The notes beneath the pieces are model-generated. The model was not told where the DNA came from and did not search any database. It saw only the letters and a list, made by a program, of their open reading frames with translations. A stretch of 38,600 nt of DNA from Octopus bimaculoides (lineage: Eukaryota): assembly GCF_001194135.2 (NCBI RefSeq), contig NC_068982.1:183650102-183688701 (forward strand), given 5' to 3'. How positions within the stretch are numbered: the stretch's first letter is position 1; each line of letters opens with the position of its first letter. The position numbers and the translations under genes were made by a program. Shown here one piece after another: positions 11,418 through 22,559 of this stretch.

Positions 11418-12120
11418 TTTTAGCAAACCAAATCAATTCGCGTTGAAATGCACAATTAGCAAATGTTAAATAAGTTACCGTTAATAAGATGTCTGTTTAT
11501 ATCCATGAAGCATTTTTCGTCAAATTTCGGCATTTTTTTTAAACTTAAAATCTATATTAATGGGTACGACCAATTTGACGAAAAAAATGAGCAGTCTGGT
11601 AGCGAACCCGTATTGTCGTCATTTTTGTGCATGTGAGTAAAATGCCGAAATTTAATGCTTTGGGGCAGATTTCGTCAAATTAATGTCACAACGGCTAGTA
11701 CGCAAAATGCCTAAGTTCTGCTTGAGAAATAAAATGGTTTTACCTAATCAAAACCTGAAACGCTGGGGAATTAAAACAACGAATTGAAATAAGTTTTAGC
11801 GAATCAAATCAATTCGCATTGAAATGAAGAATTAGCAAATGTTAAATAGATTACCGTTAATAAGTTGTCTGTTTATACCCATGAAGCATTTTTCGTCAAA
11901 TTGATGTCACGATGGCAAGTGCGAAAAATCCCGAAATTTTACAATTTTTGAAAAATCGATGCTGATTAAAAATTGATTTTTTTAAAAATTCCAAGTACAT
12001 AAGTGACTGCATGGGCACAAGCCCCACAGATGTGTCAAGTTTCATCAAGGTCTGTTGGATAGTCTGAGGAGCCAAAGCAACAAATTCACAAACACACAAA
12101 CTTGTCATTTACTATTATAA
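11418..12120 (-). mobile_element. Probable non-autonomous Helitron-like element (DINE-1/Lep1-like 5' region) with internal direct repeat
   Basis: The end AAGTTTCATCAAGGTCTGTTGGATAGTCTGAGGAG..ACAAACACACAAAC..TTTACTATTATA(TA)n resembles the reverse complement of Helitron-N 5' ends (family resemblance from memory). A ~110-bp direct repeat lies at 11418-11530 and 11794-11902. Confidence 0.5.
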
Positions 12121-12146
12121 TATATATATATATATATATATATGCA

Positions 12147-12816
12147 TGTGGTCTGATCAATAAGTATCCGGACTGTTGCCATAGTAACGAAGCTAAAGTA
12201 CGCAGAGTGAATCCACTTGGCACAGATTGACCTTGGACTCTGTTGTGCATGCGCACTAAGTTTTAACGTTATATCTCACTTCTGCTGTTTACTGCAGTGC
12301 TTGGTAGAAAGGTGTTTAGCGTGTGATCGTCGCATTGACCATGACAGAGAAAGCTGTCAAAGTGATACCTGCTCTGAGGCCAACGAAAAGTTACAGAAAG
12401 TGTACGAAGAGGATTGTATTAGCAGCACGCAAGTGCGTTTCCAAAATGGCCGAAAAAATGTTGATATTGATGAACGTTCTAGAAGATCTTCAGCTAGCAG
12501 AACTGAGAAAAACATCACAGATGTACGTGTAGCTGTGAGGAGAAATCGTCGAATCACCAGAAGGTATCACAGAGCTTTTGACAAAATTTGATGCAGATTC
12601 TCTGTTCAACTTTCTCTGCCATGGTCAATGCGACGATCACACTCTATACACGTTCCTTCTAAGCACTGTTGTAAACAGTAGAGGTGAGCTAGAACGTTAA
12701 AACTTAGTGCGTATGCACAACAGAGTTCAAGGCCAATCCGTGCCAAGTAGCTTCACTCTGTGTGCTTTAGCATCGTTATTATGGCAACAGTCCGGATACT
12801 TATTGATCAGACCACG
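12147..12816. mobile_element. Non-autonomous mariner derivative with ~205-bp inverted arms, both being transposase 5' ends
   Basis: Termini (T/C)GTGGTCTGATCAATAAGTATCCGGACTGTTGCC / GGCAACAGTCCGGATACTTATTGATCAGACCACG|TA. The left arm continues into an HTH-region remnant (DTCSEANEKLQKVYEED..RFQNGRKNVDIDERSRRSSASRTEKN). The right arm on minus reads MAEKVEQRICIKFCQKLCDT from the ATG at 12622. Confidence 0.88.
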
Positions 12817-12950
12817 TATGTATGCATGCATGTATGTATGTATGTATGTATCTATCTATCTATATATGTATGTATTATGTATGTATAGAGTGTTTGAAAT
12901 GGTGTACAGATATTGTATGTTGAGAAAGAGGAGGCAGTCAGAATTTTAGA

Positions 12951-13067
12951 TAATTCTTTATTAGCACTTTCGTACGTTAACCGAACTCTTCAAGACTAAA
13001 ATCATTTTGATTTTAATTTTTATCTTGAAGAGTTCGGTTAACGAACGAAAGCGCTAATAAAGAATTA
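12951..13067. repeat. 45-bp-arm hairpin formed by two inverted hammerhead-like units
   Basis: 12951-12995 and 13023-13067 are reverse complements with 2 mismatches, around a 27-nt AT-rich loop. Confidence 0.9.
13019..13061 (+). ncRNA. Minimal type I hammerhead-ribozyme-like motif (U3 variant), Penelope-like
   Basis: TTTAT-C-TTGAAGA-GTTCG/GTTAA/CGAAC-GAAA-GCGC-TA-ATAAA. Stem I TTTAT:ATAAA, stem II 5 bp, palindromic AGCGCT stem/loop III, putative CUA cleavage triplet. Confidence 0.55.
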
Positions 13068-16000
13068 NNNNNNNNNNNNNNNNNNNNNNNNNNNNNNNNN
13101 NNNNNNNNNNNNNNNNNNNNNNNNNNNNNNNNNNNNNNNNNNNNNNNNNNNNNNNNNNNNNNNNNNNNNNNNNNNNNNNNNNNNNNNNNNNNNNNNNNNN
13201 NNNNNNNNNNNNNNNNNNNNNNNNNNNNNNNNNNNNNNNNNNNNNNNNNNNNNNNNNNNNNNNNNNNNNNNNNNNNNNNNNNNNNNNNNNNNNNNNNNNN
13301 NNNNNNNNNNNNNNNNNNNNNNNNNNNNNNNNNNNNNNNNNNNNNNNNNNNNNNNNNNNNNNNNNNNNNNNNNNNNNNNNNNNNNNNNNNNNNNNNNNNN
13401 NNNNNNNNNNNNNNNNNNNNNNNNNNNNNNNNNNNNNNNNNNNNNNNNNNNNNNNNNNNNNNNNNNNNNNNNNNNNNNNNNNNNNNNNNNNNNNNNNNNN
13501 NNNNNNNNNNNNNNNNNNNNNNNNNNNNNNNNNNNNNNNNNNNNNNNNNNNNNNNNNNNNNNNNNNNNNNNNNNNNNNNNNNNNNNNNNNNNNNNNNNNN
13601 NNNNNNNNNNNNNNNNNNNNNNNNNNNNNNNNNNNNNNNNNNNNNNNTATATATATATATATATGTATATATCTTAGAGAATGCTCCTATGATATTTTTT
13701 TACTGTCCTCTTATCTCTTTGTAAACTGTTGACTGATTTCTGTTGAATTTCAGGTTAATTATTCCTCTTCTGATGGCGGAGTTTTCAATGAGCGCTCTTT
13801 ACTTGTGCTTGAAGGTGATCGATTTATAATAAAATGTTCTCTGGCTATTATCTATAAATACTTTTCTATTTTGTTTTTCTGTTTTTGTTAACGATAAGTC
13901 TAGTTATTTGTTTGCATTTCATAAGTACTGGTAAATAACTTATATTATTCCATAGATCATTGATATTTTCCCGTTTTTGAAATCCATGGGGCCATTTTAT
14001 TGTTGCTCAACCTTTGTTTACTCATTTAGTATCACCAAGATAGTGATTAACATTTCTGGAAAGAAGATATAAACTGACGTTTATTGACCAAACGATAATT
14101 CAGTACTCTTTTGTAAATATTCGCCTCCCATATGATTGCTGTTAACATCAATTTAGCGAGTGTCTTATCAATACTAGTCGAATACGATCTGTTTTGTAGC
14201 GCGAGTTTTTAAAAAAATGGAATAATCTTTCGTTGTAACATTTCATTAAGAATATATTTCAATTGCTTATAATCTGGACACACGAAGATTATAACATGTC
14301 TATAATTGTAGCTACTACAACATGTCGAAAGTCAGTCTATTGCAAGGTAAAGCAGAAGCGGTCGACGTCTGGTCTGTTGTTACACATTGTATCCCAGTCT
14401 GTAGGCGTTTGTGTGACCAAGGAATATGTTCAAGTATTTATATTTATGTACTCTTCTCACTTTTGGTAATGAAACAACAATTATCTCATGCATTCACCAA
14501 ATGTTGCTATTGGTCGTAATTGTTTTATCATGAAATCGTCGTGTTTTGAGAGAAATTCGTTTCAGTACATATTCATCTTGTTTTTTATAGCTAACGGACA
14601 TATCTTTGAACCGTTTTATAGCAATTACATGTTATTGAGTTCATAACTCCAAGAAACTAATAAGATTCTGTTCATCTTTTTTGATATTGTATTTTCTTTT
14701 GATTTTTCATCTCTGCTGCTGTTGTTGACGTTGTCATATCCAGTCATGTTGTTTGTAAAAATACAAATTAAAGACAAATATCTTTACGATCTTAAATAAA
14801 AGGTTTCTTAGATGAATGTGATCAGAAAAATAATAAGTTATTTAACATTATTGATAGTTATAACATTAATGTTGGAGATAGTATTCATCGTAATTTCAAT
14901 GAATAATTTCCAATATTAAACATATGCCTCTTACATCTGTTCACGTTGCATGTATATACTTAAATATGTGTCTGTATGCGTATATGTGCGTGTGTATGTA
15001 TTTACTTATGGCTATGTATGACTATAGTAGGTACATAGTCCGAATACTCCAGCTCAGAGTGCATTTCCCAGTACTGAAATAACTCTTTTCTGCGAACAAC
15101 TAATACTTGTGATGCTGTATTTATAAAACTAAACAAAAAATTAAGGTTTTCCATAGAAATTACTGTTATGCTTTCTGCTGAAGCTGTCCTCTCACAAATC
15201 AAATAAGTTTATGTAGCAGCTTCTTTCGACTGAGGTTACCCTCTTACACGACAAGATCTTGTGTATCACCTGTTAATTACCATTTCAAACTTTCGTCTAA
15301 ATCTTCGATCTTCCATCTCTTCTCCCACATAGCAGCTTGGACTATCCATTCTTTCAACTGTCATCCTACATACTCCAGTCGAGTTAAACAAGTACAACAA
15401 GTTCCACCTTGTCATGAGCCTTGGGCACAACATATCCGCTGACCTTCGTCTCGTAAGATCTTTTTTTATGAAAGTTATATGAGATTCCTGTCGAACTGGA
15501 CATTAGTGAAAAGTAAATCGTATCAGAGAACAGAACACAGTTGTCAGGAATATGAAGACCCATCTCGAAAGATAGTCTGCGGCTGTTGTCTTACCTCAAG
15601 CTCAGTAACTCATACAATAATCTCAATGAAAGGTCGACAACGATCATTATTCTTAATAGGCTTTCCAATACTTCAGCCCGATAAACACACACTAGACACA
15701 GAATCACATACATACATACATACATGCATACATACATACATACATACATACATATAGATAGATACTTACGTACAAAAACCGCTACAGCAGATAATATGAG
15801 CAATATACGGTAATAATGAGGAATACAAGAAAATGGCGCCAAATGTCTGCAGAACTGAAGATGTCGTAAGATTGAAAGACGGTCACGTAAACGAAAAACT
15901 GAAGATTTATCAAAGAAGACATCTTGATTCATTTCCTGGAGTGGAATGGTTTAGAAACATATTAATTATAAACATCAACATGGACAGAAGATAAGGAAGA

Positions 16001-16578
16001 ATTCCAGTGAGGGAAACAACAAAATGTCTGTTTATTTTATTGTAATGGTCCACCATTAACTAGTTGGTGTTCCAAACAGAAAACACCCTCGCTAAGTATG
16101 AGTGTATAAATATATTCGCATACCTATTAACGCTCACATACACATGCATAAACGTATGCAAGTATATATACATCGTATATACATATATATATATATATAN
16201 NNNNNNNNNNNNNNNNNNNNNNNNNNNNNNNNNNNNNNNNNNNNNNNNNNNNNNNNNNNNNNNNNNNNNNNNNNNNNNNNNNNNNNNNNNNNNNNNNNNN
16301 NNNNNNNNNNNNNNNNNNNNNNNNNNNNNNNNNNNNNNNNNNNNNNNNNNNNNNNNNNNNNNNNNNNNNNNNNNNNNNNNNNNNNNNNNNNNNNNNNNNN
16401 NNNNNNNNNNNNNNNNNNNNNNNNNNNNNNNNNNNNNNNNNNNNNNNNNNNNNNNNNNNNNNNNNNNNNNNNNNNNNNNNNNNNNNNNNNNNNNNNNNNN
16501 NNNNNNNNNNNNNNNNNNNNNNNNNNNNNNNNNNNNNNNNNNNNNNNNNNNNNNNNNNNNNNNNNNNNNNNNNNNNNN

Positions 16579-16747
16579 GATTTGAAATTTTGCCACAATT
16601 ATATTCTACTGTAATTTTCTGCATTTTCGTGCAGCTGAAGATTGCTCTACATATTGCATTTAATGTAATGCTCGCATTACTTAAATAAATGGAGTAGCAT
16701 GAAACGTGCGTACAGCAGCCATCTTTAAAATCCGTGTTGCTTATTTT
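16579..16747. mobile_element. Second copy of the foldback arm family seen at 34.4-35.1 kb
   Basis: GATTTGAAA..TTCTACTGTAATTTTCT..CAGCTGAAGATTGCTCTAC..GGAGTAGCATGAAACGTGCGTAC is nearly identical to 34989-35117 and to the reverse complement of 34361-34515. Confidence 0.85.
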
Positions 16748-16801
<54 letters not shown>

Positions 16802-16802
<1 letters not shown>

Positions 16803-17357
16803 TACTCTTTACTCTTTACTCTTTTACTTGTTTCAGTCATTTAACTGCGGCCATGCTGGAGCTCCGCCTTTAGTTGAGCAAATCGACCCCAGGACTTATA
16901 CTTTATAAGCCTAGTACTTACTCTATCGGTCTCTTTTGCCGAACTGCTAAGTTATGGGGATGTAAACATACCACTATCAGTTGTCAAGCGATGTCGGGGG
17001 GACAAACACAGACACACAAACATATACACACGCATACATACACATATATACATATATACGACGGGCTTCTTTCAGGTTCCGTCTACNNNNNNNNNNCAAA
17101 CATATACACACGCATACATACACATATATACATATATACGACGGGCTTCTTTCAGGTTCCGTCTACCAAATCCACTCACAAGGCTTTGGTCAGCCCGGGG
17201 CTATAGTGGAAGACACATGCCCAAGGTGGCACGCAGTGGGAATGAACCCAAATCCACTCACAAAGCTTTGCTCAGCCCGAGGTGCCACGCAGTGGGACTG
17301 AACCCGGAACCTTGTGGTTGGTAAGCAAGCTACTTACCACACAGCCACTCCTGCGCC
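16802..17357 (-). mobile_element. tRNA-derived SINE family 1, near full length, with internal duplication
   Basis: Minus-strand head GGCGCAGGAGTGGCTGTGTGG (A box) and GGGTTCAGTCCC (B box). Central (CA/TA) tract and tail ..CAGCATGGCCGCAGTTAAATGACTGAAACAAGTAAAAGAGTAAAGAG. Homologous to 37985-38362 and 9554-9676. Confidence 0.88.
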
Positions 17358-18872
17358 TCTTCATGGATGGTTTGATGCTGTATGGCAAATATGAGGCACA
17401 AGAGAGTTCCTTGGTGGACACGGTTCACTGTTTTAGTTTTGATATAAGATAGGAATTCGGACTCAAGATGTGTGGAATAATGTATAAAAAAAGATGTAAG
17501 GTACAGTCCTTAGCATGGATAGAATTGCCTAATAGAGAACTGATTGAGTAAATTGAAACGGAAGGCTACAAATACCTTGGCATGCTAGAGTTCACCGACA
17601 TAATGGAGAAGGAAATGAAAGAGCAACTGAAGATGGGATATTTCCGAATACTAAAATAAGTTCTATGCTCAAAAATGACCGGATGGAATAAAATCCAAGT
17701 AGTTAATACGTGAGCAATAACATCACTTCGGTATGGAGCTGGAATCATAAAATGGGATAAGAAAGGACTGATGAACATGGACACGAAGGCAAGAAAATGT
17801 TGATAGTGCACGGAGCCTTCCATCCTAAAAGAGACACTGATAGGCTGTACTTGTCCAGAAGAAACGGTGGGAGAAGTTTGATCAGTTGCCAGGATTGTAT
17901 CCAAGCAGAGGAAAACAGCTTAGGGTGATATGTAAAAAAAATACTGTGGAACCATTGTTGAAACATGCGAAGAAAGTCGGCGTCATCAAAACTGAGAATT
18001 GTGTAAAGAAAGAAAAACTTAAAGAGGAAAAGAACACAAAAGAAAAAAGAAATAATGTGGAAGGAAAAAAATGTGCGGTCAGTTTGCAAGAAAACTGGTG
18101 GCTATGGATGAGAAGGAGTGACCTGAAGATAGAGACAGAAGCACTCATATGCGCAGCTCAAGAACAAGCGTTAAGGACTAACTATGTGAAGTACAGAATC
18201 GACAATACTACCGATAGCGACAAATTCAGAATGTGTGGTAAGAGGGGTGAAACAGTATGGCACATCGTTAGCGAATTCCCGAAATTGGCACAACGTGAAT
18301 ACAAAAGACGACACGACAATGTTGCAAGAATGATCCATTGGGAGCTCTGTGGAAATCCTGGCCTGCAAAGGGCAAAGGCGTGGTATGAGAAAAGCCCAGA
18401 AGGAGTCACAGAGAGTGAAGATTGCAAAATCCTGTGGGATGCAATGATTCAGTGCGATCATCTGATCAGGCATCGGAAACCGGATATTGTTGTGGTGAAA
18501 AAAAAGTAAGAACATGCATGATGATCGACAAAACATGCCCCGGTGACAACAGGATCAAAGAGAAAGAAGAAAAACCGAACAACTATGACGATTTGAAGTG
18601 GAAAATACGAAGGTTGTGGTCAATGAGGAGAGTCGACTAGATACCAATAGAAATTATTAACGCACTTGGAACTATCAGCGCTCAACTACCAACATTGTTC
18701 AAAAAGATTGGTATAAATGCAAAGGTAGAACACCTGCAAAAACCAGCATTGCTTGGAACTGCAAGAATTCTTCGCAGCGTTCTTGAAGTATGACCAGTAA
18801 ACAAATGTCTCCTTAGTCTGCTGGCTGTGGACAGCTGACACTTTCCATCATACCCAGCAAAATAAGCTGTGA
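17357..18872 (+). mobile_element. 5'-truncated, decayed R4/Dong-like non-LTR retrotransposon (family B) with (TAA)n tail
   Basis: Starts at the degenerate RT catalytic motif LFMDGLMLYGK (FMDDLKLY-like) at 17357, then FSFDIR*EFGLKMC, EGYKYLG, FHPKRDTDRLYLSRRNGGRSL and AAQEQALRT. Knuckle FRMC-x8-H-x4-F, RRHDNVA, RLE motif RKPDIVVV..CMMIDKTCPGD and end LLGTARILRSVLEV* (~18793) follow. A short 3' UTR leads to (TAA)n from ~18874. Confidence 0.93.
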
Positions 18873-18873
18873 G

Positions 18874-19133
<260 letters not shown>

Positions 19134-19676
19134 GCTCTGATGCAGTACCAGACAGTGGCTCCCAGGACTTCTGATCTTAACTGATTGGAAGTGTTATCAT
19201 GTACATTGTTTGTCTTAATGTAAAAGATAAGGTTACAGCAAATATTCTGCTCAAAACCACAGATTTGCTTGTCAGTTGTTTGACCTTAACCAGTTGAGCA
19301 TGACCCTTGGTGGTTGACAATATATGCATCACTGATCACGATCAGAAGTAGCAGGGGAGCATCATAGCCATGTGTTGAGAGGAATTCTTTGGGGTTTGAA
19401 TGATTCCCCACTGGAAACATAGGTGCTTCTTTCAACATCCTTAAACAAACTTTATTCAGGGATCTTTTGAGCAGGATAGGCCACTTGACCTGAAGAAAAT
19501 TCTGAGTCCCACCTGCAAGGTCATGCGCTGTTTACCTTGAAATTACTATGTGGTGCACATATGATTGTGATGCATGTGTTTGGTAAATCTTTATCAGACG
19601 GGTAGTCGTGATGGGTATACCGGGCTTCGTATATTTGTATCCCAACGTCACATTGATGGCACGACTCTCTCACTCA
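19134..19676 (+). repeat. ~540-bp non-coding element between (AAT)n and a degenerate AAT tract, probable interspersed repeat
   Basis: Complex, ORF-less block starting immediately after (AAT)n and ending CTCTCTCACTCA|ATGATAACAGTAAGTAATAAT. Repeat status is inferred; there is only one copy in this window. Confidence 0.5.
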
Positions 19677-19700
19677 ATGATAACAGTAAGTAATAATTTC

Positions 19701-19996
19701 TTTCAAATGTTGACACAAGGCTAGCAATTTCCATCGGCCCCAGTACTTTATTTTATCGACGCCCAAAAACATGAAATACAAAGTTAACTTCGACAGGATT
19801 TGAACTAAGGACGTAAAGAGCCGGAGGAAATGCCGCTTATAGCGTATATACACATGCATATACACAGAAGTCCATGTATATTTTTCTGCTTTCAATCCTT
19901 TTGGGGTCGATAAATTAAGTACCAGAGCACTGGGGTAAATATAGTCCGCTTACACTCTTCCCAGAAATTGCTGGCCTTGCGCTAACATTTGAAACC
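19701..19996. mobile_element. Two SINE family 2 fragments in opposite orientation
   Basis: The minus-strand copy at 19701-19843 has B box GTTCAAATCC and core GTCGATAAAATAAAGTAC. The plus-strand 3' half at 19888-19996 has GGGGTCGATAAATTAAGTACCAG..CATTTGAAACC. Confidence 0.75.
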
Positions 19997-20199
19997 GATA
20001 ATATTCATACACACATATACACACACATACATACACACGTACGTACGTACCCATACATATACGCACATACGTTTATGTTCCTACACAAAATTTCATGTAT
20101 AAATTCAACGCGTACAATGCAAATACACATATACACACACGCATGCATATACGCACACACCCGCACCAACAGATATTGCACCCTCACAAACATACGTAC

Positions 20200-20285
<86 letters not shown>

Positions 20286-20399
20286 CATAAAGCATATTCT
20301 TACACATAACAATTTCAGAGGAAACATTTATCAATTTTACGGGTTTTTTCTCTATTTTTTATTGTGTATTTTTAATTATTTGTTTTTCATTTTTGCTGC

Positions 20400-20403
20400 T
20401 TCA

Positions 20404-20434
<31 letters not shown>

Positions 20435-20560
20435 CTACTGCTGATGTTAATGTTTTCTTCATCTTCTTTGCCTTCTTTCCTTTCTTAAAGAAACAATGAC
20501 TATTATTATTCATATTATTATTTTTGTAATTATTTATATTATTATTGTTTTTACTGTTGT

Positions 20561-20614
<54 letters not shown>

Positions 20615-20766
20615 CACTATACTTCTTTTTCTCGCTCCTCTCTTCTTCTTTTTCTCCTTCTACTTCATCTTCCCCAACTTCTTTTTGAACGAACGCAAAT
20701 TCTCGAGAAGTCAGAAAGCCATTTTGGTAGTTTTAAGTGTCTCAGCCACGTGATATGTAGTGCTGC

Positions 20767-20797
<31 letters not shown>

Positions 20798-21135
20798 CTG
20801 GCTGCTATTGCTGCTGGTGCTGATGCTTTTGGTGCTGGTGATGCTGGCACACCTAGGAGCAAGTTTAGTTTTACAGATGGCCATCTTGGTTAGGCTTCAA
20901 CGTTCAGTCTATCAATCAATGTTGCATTGAAAGACAAGAACTGCAGGATAATCTGAGATATGTAAGCGCAGCCGAACCTAGAAACAGGACTGCAGCAACA
21001 GATACAACAACAACAACAACAACAACAACAACAGCAACAACAACAACACAGCACAACAGCAGAAGCAACAACAAAAACAACAACAGCAGAAGCAACAACA
21101 AAAAGCGTAACAACAATAGCTACAACAGCAACAGG
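20400..21135. repeat. Cluster of trinucleotide repeats (GTT, ATT, CTA, CTT, GCT, CAA/CAG)
   Basis: Directly visible successive arrays. Confidence 0.9.
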
Positions 21136-21159
21136 AGAAAGAAAAGCAAGGATGTTATG

Positions 21160-21710
<551 letters not shown>

Positions 21711-22510
21711 ACAAAATACCATAAACTCTTCTAGAAAAATCTCAATAGAAATAGTTGAGGTCAATGATTGGACGTTTATATCTTATCATAGCTGTCTTTC
21801 CCATCTTTGATTCTCCATTTTATTTTTAAATATGTATACGNNNNNNNNNNNNNNNNNNNNNNNNNNNNNNNNNNNNNNNNNNNNNNNNNNNNNNNNNNNN
21901 NNNNNNNNNNNNNNNNNNNNNNNNNNNNNNNNNNNNNNNNNNNNNNNNNNNNNNNNNNNNNNNNNNNNNNNNNNNNNNNNNNNNNNNNNNNNNNNNNNNN
22001 NNNNNNNNNNNNNNNNNNNNNNNNNNNNNNNNNNNNNNNNNNNNNNNNNNNNNNNNNNNNNNNNNNNNNNNNNNNNNNNNNNNNNNNNNNNNNNNNNNNN
22101 NNNNNNNNNNNNNNNNNNNNNNNNNNNNNNNNNNNNNNNNNNNNNNNNNNNNNNNNNNNNNNNNNNNNNNNNNNNNNNNNNNNNNNNNNNNNNNNNNNNN
22201 NNNNNNNNNNNNNNNNNNNNNNNNNNNNNNNNNNNNNNNNNNNNNNNNNNNNNNNNNNNNNNNNNNNNNNNNNNNNNNNNNNNNNNNNNNNNNNNNNNNN
22301 NNNNNNNNNNNNNNNNNNNNNNNNNNNNNNNNNNNNNNNNNNNNNNNNNNNNNNNNNNNNNNNNNNNNNNNNNNNNNNNNNNNNNNNNNNNNNNNNNNNN
22401 NNNNNNNNNNNNNNNNNNNNNNNNNNNNNNNNNNNNNNNNNNNNNNNNNNNNNNNNNNNNNNNNNNNNNNNNNNNNNNNNNNNNNNNNNNNNNNNNNNNN
22501 NNNNNNNNNN

Positions 22511-22559
<49 letters not shown>

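Noticed and set aside
13680-14780. Strand-skewed block with short minus-strand open stretches near the hammerhead hairpin
   Set aside because: No Penelope RT or GIY-YIG motif or other domain was recognisable by eye.
15864-15900. CTGAAGA..GAAAGACGGTC hammerhead-like string
   Set aside because: Stem II is weak and no stem I pairing is possible.
17017-17166. Exact 70-bp direct repeat around a 10-N gap
   Set aside because: Identical flanks across a 10-N gap indicate an unmerged contig overlap (assembly artefact).
20665-20862. Minus-strand Ala/Ser/Gln-rich ORF with an acceptor-like CTAAACTTGCTCCTAG
   Set aside because: Explained by GCT repeats within a trinucleotide cluster; there are stops in alternative frames, no donor and no recognisable domain.
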